Part shown: positions 1 to 8,289 of the stretch, in pieces
Position numbering within the stretch: position 1 is the first letter of the stretch
Layout of the letters: every line of letters begins with the position of its first letter
NCBI GenBank assembly: GCA_038826135.1
Contig: JAWBON010000012.1
Span: 1 to 26,772 of the forward strand
DNA length: 26,772 bases
DNA from: Candidatus Odinarchaeota archaeon
GTDB taxonomy: Archaea > Asgardarchaeota > Odinarchaeia > Odinarchaeales > Odinarchaeaceae
Direction: 5' to 3'
Notes under the pieces: generated by a model
Told to the model about the DNA's origin: nothing
Databases searched by the model: none
What the model saw: the letters and a program-made list of their open reading frames with translations, nothing else
Position numbers and translations under genes: made by a program

Positions 1-2
1 CA

Positions 3-671
3 GCTGGAATAATAACATATGCCCTTACGTTTTTAGGAGGGCTATATTCTATAAAAAATGGCGAGGGGCTTTTAAATTTATTTTTTATTCTATTTATTGT
101 TGCATTGATTTTCTCTCTTCTACCAGCAGGTTTCTTAGGGATACCTTGGCCTCCCGTAAGATACATAATGTATATGAGTATATCTAGCAGCATAGTCGCA
201 AGTTTTGGAATTCAGGAAGCTGTTAAATTAATTAAGAAATATGACAAATATAATATTTCCAAATACACAATTCCATTCTTTATAATAGGCACCATTATCC
301 TCCAGTCATCTATCGGATTAACAGCGTTAGTTGGTAAAGGATATTGGGATTTTGCTATTAGCAGAGACGAGTATCAGGTACTGATCTGGGTAAATAGCCA
401 GACAGGTTATAGTGAGCACATAATGGTTTATCCGAGTATTATTCTACCTTCTAGAGCATTTTTAAACCCTCGAAGTGTTGGAACAAATGCCACTCATATT
501 TTTAACGAGACGATTGTTAATAATACAATTTTATCAGAGCTTTTAGCAACCGAGTTTAATTATATAATGGTTAATACGAGCAGTTATCCTGTTTTAACAA
601 GTCTACTGGAAGCAGACCCCGCATTTACTTTAGTATACTTAGTCTCAAATATAAGATTGTACAGATTCTAA
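3..671 (+). CDS. C-terminal part of a multi-pass membrane protein, possibly GT-C glycosyltransferase-like (5'-truncated by window)
   Basis: The frame is open from position 3 (AGIITYALTFLGG...) to TAA 669-671, so TTG 105 is not the real start. Several hydrophobic helices are followed by a soluble tail (EYQVLIWVNSQT...FTLVYLVSNIRLYRF) like the C-termini of archaeal GT-C-type membrane proteins. Confidence 0.55.
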   Translation, partial: AGIITYALTFLGGLYSIKNGEGLLNLFFILFIVALIFSLLPAGFLGIPWPPVRYIMYMSISSSIVASFGIQEAVKLIKKYDKYNISKYTIPFFIIGTIILQSSIGLTALVGKGYWDFAISRDEYQVLIWVNSQTGYSEHIMVYPSIILPSRAFLNPRSVGTNATHIFNETIVNNTILSELLATEFNYIMVNTSSYPVLTSLLEADPAFTLVYLVSNIRLYRF

Positions 672-693
672 ATTATATCGGAAATTTATTACT

Positions 694-795
694 CTAAAGA
701 TTTTTTAACTCACCGCGGGCTACTGCTATTTCAGGTCTTTTAGCTTAGGGTATAGGTGTACCGTCATAGTCTATGAAGAGAATGATTTTTTTCAC
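694..795 (-). pseudogene. Degraded N-terminal fragment of a trehalose-6-phosphate phosphatase (OtsB-like HAD-IIB)
   Basis: Manual translation from GTG 795: MKKIILFIDYDGTPIP*AKRPEIAVARGELKNL*. It has HAD motif I (DYDGT) and the P-x-A-x-RPE-x-A-V segment typical of T6PP, interrupted by TAA (747-745) and TAG (696-694). Not in the ORF track. Confidence 0.6.
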
Positions 796-1216
796 CCCAT
801 CTTACTTTATCTTTGATATTAATCCATAAATTTAGTAGGCAGAGTGGACGGAGCGAGCTCATTATTTCACATTTAAAATTAATCTGTGTTGCATGGTTTA
901 AGGTCTACATCTATAATATATTGTTTATTTTCTCCTAGAGAAATCTAGCGATATGTTTATTAATATCTATGTTAGTTAACGTTAAACTGGATGATGCTTA
1001 TCCCACTGATTGAAGATGGAGCTTATTTAAAGTGAAAACAGGTAGTTTCAGAAAAATAGTATATGGGTTTAGAGAAATAAAATCTCTTTTTAACCCCTAT
1101 AGGATTTTAACTTATTTCTTTCCAGTAATAAATCATAGAAGATTTTGCCAGTTTTATTTTAATTTTAACCTTCCTATTTTAGCGGATTTAAAATTTAAAG
1201 TTGAGAAGTGGAGGCT

Positions 1217-3151
1217 ATGAAAAAAGAATTAGAGGTTAAACCGTCTAAACCTTTAAAAAATGGGAAAAAACCTGTGAGAGTTTTAGGCCCGATAGATGAT
1301 TTAGCGAAATATGTCAGACCCGACTGGTGGAAGAACCTGTTCACCTCCCTGTATCTTAAGACGGATGCGGATGTTGTTGATGATCAGGGTATTACAGGCC
1401 GGGAAGTGGACTTGTTCACCGAGATGCTTACACTTCAACCTGAAGATAAGATTCTAGACTTATGCTGCGGACACGGGAGACACTCGCTTGAATTAGCGCG
1501 GCGCGGGTTTAAATATGTAGAGGGGCTCGACCGCTCTTCATATCTTATACAAAAAGCCAGGTCCACAGCGAAAAAAGAGAATCTGACTGTTAAATTCAGG
1601 GAGGGTGATGCTAGGAAGCTTCCTTATCCTGCGGACAGCTTCGACGCTGTTATGATCTTAGGGAACAGTTTCGGATATTTTGAAACTGTTGAAGATGATA
1701 TGAAAGTTTTAAGAGAGGTTTTCAGAGTATTGAAACCTTGGGGTAAACTACTTATAGATGTAGCTGACGGCGAATATGTGAAGAAGAATTTTCAACCTCG
1801 CTCATGGGAGTGGATAGATAAGAAGCACTATGTTTGCAGGGAGAGGAGTCTCTCAGTTGACGAGCAGCGTTTAATCTGCAGAGAGGTTGTAGCCCACGTA
1901 AACAAAGGGGTTTTAGCAGACCAATTCTACGCTGAAAGACTTTACACGAAGGATAATTTAACTAAGTTTCTAACAGCCGCCGGGTTCACAGACCTGGTTT
2001 TTCAAGGGGAGATAGCTACAGATTCTAAGAGAAAACAGGATCTTGGAATGATGGAGCAGAGAATAGTTTTAACAGCTTTAGTGAAGAAAGAGTGGAGCCC
2101 TGTAAGAAGAAAGCTTAAAGCTGAGGTTAAAAACATAGTTGTTATCTTAGGGGATCCTACTAAAAGAGACCCCGTGAAACCAGCTACAGTCTTCGATGAT
2201 GATGATATTTATACTATAGATCAGATGAAAGACGCTCTCAGAGAGCTGCAAGGATACAATTACACGTATCTTAATAATCATGACACACTTATCAGCGACC
2301 TTGTGAAGTTGAAGGATAAGATAGACTTAGTTTTAAACCTGTGTGATGAAGGATATTTTAATAATCCGCGTAAAGAACTCCACGTACCAGCCATTCTTGA
2401 AATACTGGGTATACCTTACACTGGAGCCGGCCCCCAGTGTTTAGCAATCTGCTATGATAAGTCGCTTGTAAGAGGCGTTGCCAGAGAGATGGGGATACCT
2501 GTACCTGAAGCCGTGTTTATTAAACCTGAAGATAAAACATTTGAAATCAACTTTGACTTTCCAGTTATCGTGAAACCGAATTTCGGTGACTCAAGCTTCG
2601 GAATCACCCAGAAAAGCGTAGCCTATAACCGGGAGGAGTTTATAGCCGCGATATCCGAGATAAGAGACAGATTCGGATACGATAAACATATTCTTGTTGA
2701 AGAGTTTCTGCCAGGGAAAGACTTAAGTGTAGGGATAATAGGAAATCCACCGGACTATGTGGTTTTACCTATAACAGAGGAAGATTACAGTACCATACCT
2801 GAAGGATTGCCTAAAATATGCGGTTATGAAGCTAAATGGTTACCTGAAACTCCTTACTGGAATATTAAAACAATCGTAGCAGACCTGCCAACAGACACAT
2901 ATAATATAATAGTGGAGTGGTGTGTTAAACTCTTTCAGAGATTAGAATGCAGAGACTACGCTAGATTTGATTGGAGAATGGATGAAAACGGAGTGCCAAA
3001 GCTTTTAGAAGTTAACCCGAATCCAGGATGGTGCTGGGATGGTCATCTCGCTAAAATGGCAAAGTTTGCAGGCATATCATACTCTATGATGCTAGGAGCC
3101 ATCTTAGAAGCTGCAGAGAAACGGTTAAACATACATAAAGAAGAGCATTAA
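1217..3151 (+). CDS. Fusion of class I SAM-dependent methyltransferase (N-term) and D-Ala-D-Ala-ligase-like ATP-grasp domain (C-term)
   Basis: Methyltransferase motif I ILDLCCGHGRH, plus GLDRS and FREGDARKLP. ATP-grasp motifs GIPYTGAG, CYDK, VIVKPNFGDSSFG, LVEEFLPG, YARFDWR and LLEVNPNPG. ATG 1217 follows GGAGG; alternative GTG 1208. Confidence 0.85.
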   Translation: MKKELEVKPSKPLKNGKKPVRVLGPIDDLAKYVRPDWWKNLFTSLYLKTDADVVDDQGITGREVDLFTEMLTLQPEDKILDLCCGHGRHSLELARRGFKYVEGLDRSSYLIQKARSTAKKENLTVKFREGDARKLPYPADSFDAVMILGNSFGYFETVEDDMKVLREVFRVLKPWGKLLIDVADGEYVKKNFQPRSWEWIDKKHYVCRERSLSVDEQRLICREVVAHVNKGVLADQFYAERLYTKDNLTKFLTAAGFTDLVFQGEIATDSKRKQDLGMMEQRIVLTALVKKEWSPVRRKLKAEVKNIVVILGDPTKRDPVKPATVFDDDDIYTIDQMKDALRELQGYNYTYLNNHDTLISDLVKLKDKIDLVLNLCDEGYFNNPRKELHVPAILEILGIPYTGAGPQCLAICYDKSLVRGVAREMGIPVPEAVFIKPEDKTFEINFDFPVIVKPNFGDSSFGITQKSVAYNREEFIAAISEIRDRFGYDKHILVEEFLPGKDLSVGIIGNPPDYVVLPITEEDYSTIPEGLPKICGYEAKWLPETPYWNIKTIVADLPTDTYNIIVEWCVKLFQRLECRDYARFDWRMDENGVPKLLEVNPNPGWCWDGHLAKMAKFAGISYSMMLGAILEAAEKRLNIHKEEH

Positions 3152-3245
3152 ACGTATTAAAACCCGCCAGCTTCAAAAGCGTAAAATTGGTATTTCACCA
3201 CCAGTAATAGATTAATCCACTTATTCACGAGCGGGTTAGATTAAC

Positions 3246-3944
3246 ATGAAATATCGCGAACAGTTAAAGCTGGTTTGGGAGATAATTTCAAAAAATCTCA
3301 GAGAGTATTCCCAAAACAGTCGAATAGTATTAGACAAGTCGCTTGTAAACGAACAGATTATAAGATTTATAAATAAAGCGCTTGGCAGAGAAGACGATGA
3401 GAAAAACCCGATTAACCTTAATGACAGAGATGTGTTAACAAGAATCATAATACAACTTATAGAGAAAAATTATCCTATAGAAGATTTAAGTGAAGCTTTA
3501 AACTGGGTTCAATTCGAATATCTATGCATGAAAATATTCGAGTACAATGATTTCGAGTGCAAAATACATTACTGTTTCAGAGACGGGGATAAACGATTCG
3601 AAATAGATATCTTAGCCTACAGAGATAATTTAATTCTAGCAGCGGATGTCAAACACTGGTCTGCAAGACAAGGTAAGCGAAGCCTGCTTGTAAAATATGT
3701 TGAAAAACAGGATTCAAGAACAAGGCGCCTAGTCAACTCTGAGAAATTCCTAGAAGACTACAGCCACCTCCCAGTAAAATCGCTTATACCTTTAGTAATC
3801 ACATGGTATGATGAAAACATACAATTCCATGAGAGAGTCCCGATCATACCTATCTATAAACTCAATAATTTTTTAAACACCTTCGAACAGTATGATTTGA
3901 AAACCTATTCTATAATTAATAGTAGAGTGGTTGAGAATGGATAG
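3246..3944 (+). CDS. PD-(D/E)xK nuclease, Mrr/restriction-endonuclease-like
   Basis: LNWVQFEYLCMKIF helix followed by FEIDILAY...LAADVKHW, the catalytic D...DxK pattern. Confidence 0.75.
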   Translation: MKYREQLKLVWEIISKNLREYSQNSRIVLDKSLVNEQIIRFINKALGREDDEKNPINLNDRDVLTRIIIQLIEKNYPIEDLSEALNWVQFEYLCMKIFEYNDFECKIHYCFRDGDKRFEIDILAYRDNLILAADVKHWSARQGKRSLLVKYVEKQDSRTRRLVNSEKFLEDYSHLPVKSLIPLVITWYDENIQFHERVPIIPIYKLNNFLNTFEQYDLKTYSIINSRVVENG

Positions 3945-4527
3945 TGACGAGAGAATTAGAAGACTGGTTTTACAGTTAAGCGGTGTTTTCTATGATGTTA
4001 AAGAAGAGTTTATAAAACGTTTACCCGAGTATTTTAACGAGCAGACAGCCAGCAGTCTAAGTGAAAAATCACCTGTAGTTAAAGACCAGGAGTACCCGGT
4101 GAAATTTACTAAAAAATTTGCAGATAAAATATTAGAAGATTTGATAAGCAGCCTTCTTAAAGAGAGTATAAAAACTGTTACAAGAAACATTGAAGTTTTA
4201 AATAGCAGTATAGAGGTTGAATTAAACAATTTTAAAAACAGATTAGAAGAGAAAAATAAGAGGTTGACATCAGCTCTTTCGGATAGAAATATGCTGATAA
4301 AAAAACTATTAATTAAAGACCCGAAGTTCAAGTTATTAGGATTATTAGAGGAACTTAAAGAAGCTGATTTAAAAACATTGAAAGCCAAGCTTAGACTCCA
4401 GACGGAAACAATTATGATGATTCTGAGAGTTTTAAGAAGAGAAGGATACATTCAAATTTCAAGAAAGGATGGAATGCCTAAAATATTTTTTAAAAATGCA
4501 CCGTGGAATTACAAAATAGATTCTTAA
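3937..4527 (+). CDS. Hypothetical coiled-coil protein with probable C-terminal winged helix
   Basis: Heptad-like region (IEVLNSSIEVELNNFKNRLEEKNKRL) and a wHTH-like end (LKTLKAKLRLQTETIMMILRVLRREGYIQI). ATG 3937 overlaps the nuclease stop by 8 nt. Confidence 0.55.
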   Translation: MDSDERIRRLVLQLSGVFYDVKEEFIKRLPEYFNEQTASSLSEKSPVVKDQEYPVKFTKKFADKILEDLISSLLKESIKTVTRNIEVLNSSIEVELNNFKNRLEEKNKRLTSALSDRNMLIKKLLIKDPKFKLLGLLEELKEADLKTLKAKLRLQTETIMMILRVLRREGYIQISRKDGMPKIFFKNAPWNYKIDS

Positions 4528-4570
4528 ATAAGTCATCGCAAGATAATTTCCTGCACTATATTTAATAAAT

Positions 4571-5701
4571 TTATGCTACTTTAACTGTTGGATTAATGTT
4601 TTTTAAGTGTAACTTGATTTTTTCTATAAGCTCGTTTACACCAGCTTGTTTTATAGCTGAGGTGAACAGTGTTTTATCCGCCGGATACAAGTTAGCTAAC
4701 TCTTCTCTATAGTATTCCTGCTTAGTATTATCTAATCGATCTATTTTTGTGAAGACTAATAGAATCTTATTAAAATCGATTTGAAGCTCACGATATATTT
4801 CGAAGCCTTGTTGAATTTTAAACCTGATAGTTTCTATTTCATCCTCCACACTGACTGTGAAGAGAATTAGATCAGCGTTCATAATATCAAGCATGTTGAG
4901 TGAGAAAGATTTGAGTATGTTTAAATCCATATCAGCTACGAATCCTATTGTATCTATGAAAAGTATTTCCTTATCAGATTTAGATGCTTGGTATTTGCTT
5001 GTTAACGTTGTGAAGGGCGTATTGCTTGTCTCCTTGTTTTCACCTGTTAATAGGTTAAAAAGGGTTGTTTTACCAGCGTTGTAATATCCGGAGATGCAAA
5101 CAGACAGTTTGTTTAAAGCCTTTCTTTTTTCGATCTGACATATTTTATCTTGGAAATAGGCTTCCATTTCTGCTTTAATCTTGCAAATTTTCCGTGTATA
5201 CGCTTTAAGCGTGTTATGGTACCCGTATTCGCCGCTTGAACCGATAAACGGCCGGTCGTCCATGAATTTCTCTCTGACGAGTAGTTTATAGTATGGTAGC
5301 ATTCTTGATGTTTCAGCGTATTCGATCTGTAGTAGGGATAGTTTATCAGATGCTCCTCTTTTAAACAGTTCGAAAACAATATCGTTTCGATCTATAACCG
5401 GGCATGTTAATAGCCGGTTTAAATTTAAACGCTGTTTACTTGACAAGCGATTATAAAATACGACTAGTTCAATACCATTCCGTTTAATATACTCTTTAAG
5501 TGATAAGATTTTCCCTTTTCCAAAATAATAATTAGATGCTGGTTTTAACCTAATTTGAGTTATAGTATCTATTATTTGAATATTTAAAGAGTTGACGAGG
5601 GTTTTTAACTCATCTATTTTTAGTTTATATATTTTATGGTCGTGCGGATTCTTTTTAAGAAAACAGATGACGGCTTTCTTATTCTCTAAACTTTTAGTCA
5701 T
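4571..5701 (-). CDS. hflX: GTPase HflX
   Basis: N-domain YYFGKGK and LSSKQRLNL...VIDR; G1 GYYNAGKTT, G2 PFTTL, G3 DTIG, G4 TKID, G5 SAI. Confidence 0.92.
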   Translation of the reverse strand: MTKSLENKKAVICFLKKNPHDHKIYKLKIDELKTLVNSLNIQIIDTITQIRLKPASNYYFGKGKILSLKEYIKRNGIELVVFYNRLSSKQRLNLNRLLTCPVIDRNDIVFELFKRGASDKLSLLQIEYAETSRMLPYYKLLVREKFMDDRPFIGSSGEYGYHNTLKAYTRKICKIKAEMEAYFQDKICQIEKRKALNKLSVCISGYYNAGKTTLFNLLTGENKETSNTPFTTLTSKYQASKSDKEILFIDTIGFVADMDLNILKSFSLNMLDIMNADLILFTVSVEDEIETIRFKIQQGFEIYRELQIDFNKILLVFTKIDRLDNTKQEYYREELANLYPADKTLFTSAIKQAGVNELIEKIKLHLKNINPTVKVA

Positions 5702-5737
5702 TTAATCTCACTGAAAAATAATAATTTTTTATCTTTT

Positions 5738-6985
5738 CTATTTAATTATCGGGGCGACTGTCCCTCCGTCCATTAGAAACAGTATTTTTGCTGAGGGGCC
5801 GGTTATTTTAAAAGCTTCTTGTAAGGCTTCTCCGATAGTTCGGAAAGGTTTTATAAAGGTTCCTTTAAAAATATCAGGGTTCATCTGTGAGACTATGAAC
5901 ATATTTGAGAACATGGCTGTTTCTATAAGTTTAGCAGTTTTATGATATCCTAGCTTGTAGTTGCTTTTTATTTTAGCGAATATTTCTTCCGGTGAATTTG
6001 ACTCTTTCATAAGATTGTAAAAATCTGGCGGCCCTATCCCTTCAAGGCATGGGGCTACTAAGATTATTACACCTTTATCTTTAACAGCTATTTTAGCTGA
6101 TTCTATTGCTTTCTGAGCTTGATAAAGGTTTATGTCAAGAGGGGGGCGTGCTACGGTAACGACTATATCTGCTTTACTAGGTATTTTTGCGCAGTAAACT
6201 TCTTCAGCCGGCTCTACAAGTTTATAAAATGATTTTAGTATGTGACCTGTAGAGCAAGCGTAGATATCTCCATCCCCGTCAATGACCACGTTGATCGCGA
6301 ATATTCTAATTTTTTCTAATACTATTCTAGCTATATCTTCGAAGTCTTCGTGAACAGGGTTGCCTTTAAGTTTAGTCAGTTGAGCTTCTCTGTAGAGGGA
6401 TAGTGAATGATTCTGAGTGATTGTCTGATATCCGGCAACCCCGGGTACAAGGCTTTTTCTACCGCCGGTGTAGCCTGCGAAGTAATGTGGCTCCAGAGAG
6501 TTTATTGCTATAATCGCCCCATAATCGAATAGTAACTTGTTAAGGTATATTTCAGTTCCCCTTTTACTTTGGCCGAAATAGTGTAGTTCAGATTTCTTAC
6601 TTTCATGGTAAGTTACTTTACTGTGATATTTAGGATAAAGTTTATCGCCTAAAATTTTCTTTATCTCCTCCAATGTAGGCGCTCTGTGGTCTCCTGTAGC
6701 TACAAGAAAAATGAAGTCTCTGCCTTCTAATTGCGGTTCAAGATAGTTTAATATTTTAGATGTGGGTGTGGAGCGCTGACAGTCATTAACCACGATTATA
6801 AAGCGTTTATTATTGTCTAGGAATTCTACTAGTTTAGGGCTTTCAACAGGGTTATTAAACGCTTCTTTAAGAATCTTGTTTTCATCACGTTTTCTAACAC
6901 TGTTAGGGTAGACTATTTTTAAAATATTCTCGTCTTTTACAGATATTTTTTGAGAAACTGAGCCGTAAGGGATTTCGATCTCCAA
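5738..6985 (-). CDS. larA: Nickel-pincer-dependent LarA-family alpha-hydroxyacid racemase/epimerase
   Basis: VVNDCQRSTP, ATGDHR, EPHYFAGYTGGRKS, QNH and LYQAQKA match the LarA (DUF2088) active-site motifs. TTG start after GGTGAG. Confidence 0.88.
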   Translation of the reverse strand: MEIEIPYGSVSQKISVKDENILKIVYPNSVRKRDENKILKEAFNNPVESPKLVEFLDNNKRFIIVVNDCQRSTPTSKILNYLEPQLEGRDFIFLVATGDHRAPTLEEIKKILGDKLYPKYHSKVTYHESKKSELHYFGQSKRGTEIYLNKLLFDYGAIIAINSLEPHYFAGYTGGRKSLVPGVAGYQTITQNHSLSLYREAQLTKLKGNPVHEDFEDIARIVLEKIRIFAINVVIDGDGDIYACSTGHILKSFYKLVEPAEEVYCAKIPSKADIVVTVARPPLDINLYQAQKAIESAKIAVKDKGVIILVAPCLEGIGPPDFYNLMKESNSPEEIFAKIKSNYKLGYHKTAKLIETAMFSNMFIVSQMNPDIFKGTFIKPFRTIGEALQEAFKITGPSAKILFLMDGGTVAPIIK

Positions 6986-6989
6986 TTAT

Positions 6990-8084
6990 TCACTCACCTT
7001 TATTTTTCATCAATTCTATTTGACGGATTATTTCATCCGCCATCTCCATTGTTCCGGCAGGTGAACCGTCGGGTTTACTATATAGGTCGTATGTTACTTT
7101 CACACCCTCATTAATAACTTTTAAGGTGGCTTTTTCCAACAAGTCTGCTTCTCTTAACATTTTAAGATGCTTCAGCATCATAATAGCGCTGTTTATCATC
7201 GCTGTAGGGTTAACTTTATTCATTCCAGCGTATTTTGGAGCTGAACCGTGAACTGGCTCGAACATTGCATATTCGGATCCTATATTCGCTCCGGATAAAA
7301 GACCTAAGCCGCCTACTAATCCTGCCGCTAAATCTGATAGTATATCACCGTATAAGTTGGGTGTTACTAGCACATCATATTCTTCAGGTTTCATAACCAG
7401 CTGCATAGCCATGTTATCAACAACTTTTTCATCGTAAACTATATTAGGATAGGATTGAGCTATTTTCCTCGCCTCTTCTAGGAAGAGGCCATCAGTAAAC
7501 TTGTGTATGTTAGATTTATGAACGCATGTAACTTTACGCCTGTTATTTTGAAGAGCATAATCGAAAGCGAATTTTACAATTCTCTGAGAGGCTTTAACGG
7601 ATATGGTTTTCAAAGATACAGCTGTGCTCTCATCAAGTGTGATATTATGAGTTCTCTTAAGAAGCTGTATTAATTCTTTTAATTGTAGTGAATTTTGCTG
7701 GAACTCTATGCCGGAATAGGATCCCTCGGTATTCTCTCTTATGATAACTAAGTCTATATTTTTATATTTTGATTCAACACCCTCTACAGATTTTGCAGGT
7801 CTAACATTAGCGTAAAGATCGAAGGTTTGCCTTAAAGCTACAGTTACGGATCTGAAACCTGTTCCGAAACTAGTTGTGATAGGGCCTTTAAGTAGAACCC
7901 GTGTTTTTCTAAAAGATTCAACTGTCTCTTTTGGAAGAGGTGTGCCGTATTTTTCTAAAGCTGTAGCTCCAGCTAAAACTTTATCCCATTTAATATTAGC
8001 ACCTGTCGCTTCAACACATTTTAACGTAGCCTCTGTTATTTCAGGTCCTATCCCATCCCCTGGTATTAATGTAACTTTAACCAT
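6990..8084 (-). CDS. icd: Isocitrate/isopropylmalate dehydrogenase family enzyme, IDH-like, probably NADP-preferring
   Basis: LIPGDGIGPEI, GFRSVTVALR, DLYANVRP, IRENTEG, VHKSN, NLYGDILSDLAAGLVGGLG and FEPVHGSAPKYAG. The KY pair and TYD are the NADP-type signature. Confidence 0.85.
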   Translation of the reverse strand: MVKVTLIPGDGIGPEITEATLKCVEATGANIKWDKVLAGATALEKYGTPLPKETVESFRKTRVLLKGPITTSFGTGFRSVTVALRQTFDLYANVRPAKSVEGVESKYKNIDLVIIRENTEGSYSGIEFQQNSLQLKELIQLLKRTHNITLDESTAVSLKTISVKASQRIVKFAFDYALQNNRRKVTCVHKSNIHKFTDGLFLEEARKIAQSYPNIVYDEKVVDNMAMQLVMKPEEYDVLVTPNLYGDILSDLAAGLVGGLGLLSGANIGSEYAMFEPVHGSAPKYAGMNKVNPTAMINSAIMMLKHLKMLREADLLEKATLKVINEGVKVTYDLYSKPDGSPAGTMEMADEIIRQIELMKNKGE

Positions 8085-8289
8085 TATCTCACCACAGCTT
8101 TAGAAGCTTATTAATAATTTAAATATTTCAGGTATTTAGCATACAATTTATAATTTCAAGCTTAGCTTAGCCTACATGTTATTATATACGTTTTATATGT
8201 TAAAATGTAAGATAATCTTTTTATAATTAAACTTATAAGGGATTTATCAACTGTTAAAATCATAATTTTTTATTTAATGGTGTTATGGA

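Noticed and set aside
745-747. In-frame stops in the phosphatase fragment as possible recoding (Sec/Pyl)
   Set aside because: The stops are TAA and TAG rather than TGA, and the reading frame does not continue into a full HAD domain.
1032-1220. 62-aa ORF upstream of the fusion gene
   Set aside because: No recognisable motif, F/N-rich low-complexity composition, and it overlaps the promoter/RBS of the next gene; probably spurious.
3161-3237. AACCCGC...GCGGGTT inverted repeat in the intergenic region
   Set aside because: Only 7 bp and not extendable; no tRNA, sRNA or MITE hallmarks.
3990-4451. Antisense ORFs in the track (e.g. 3236, 3990, 4857, 5113, 7876, 9189, 12071, 13828, 17665, 18092, 19836, 20217, 21611, 22801, 26317)
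   Set aside because: Each lies within or opposite a well-supported gene and has no motifs; typical shadow ORFs.
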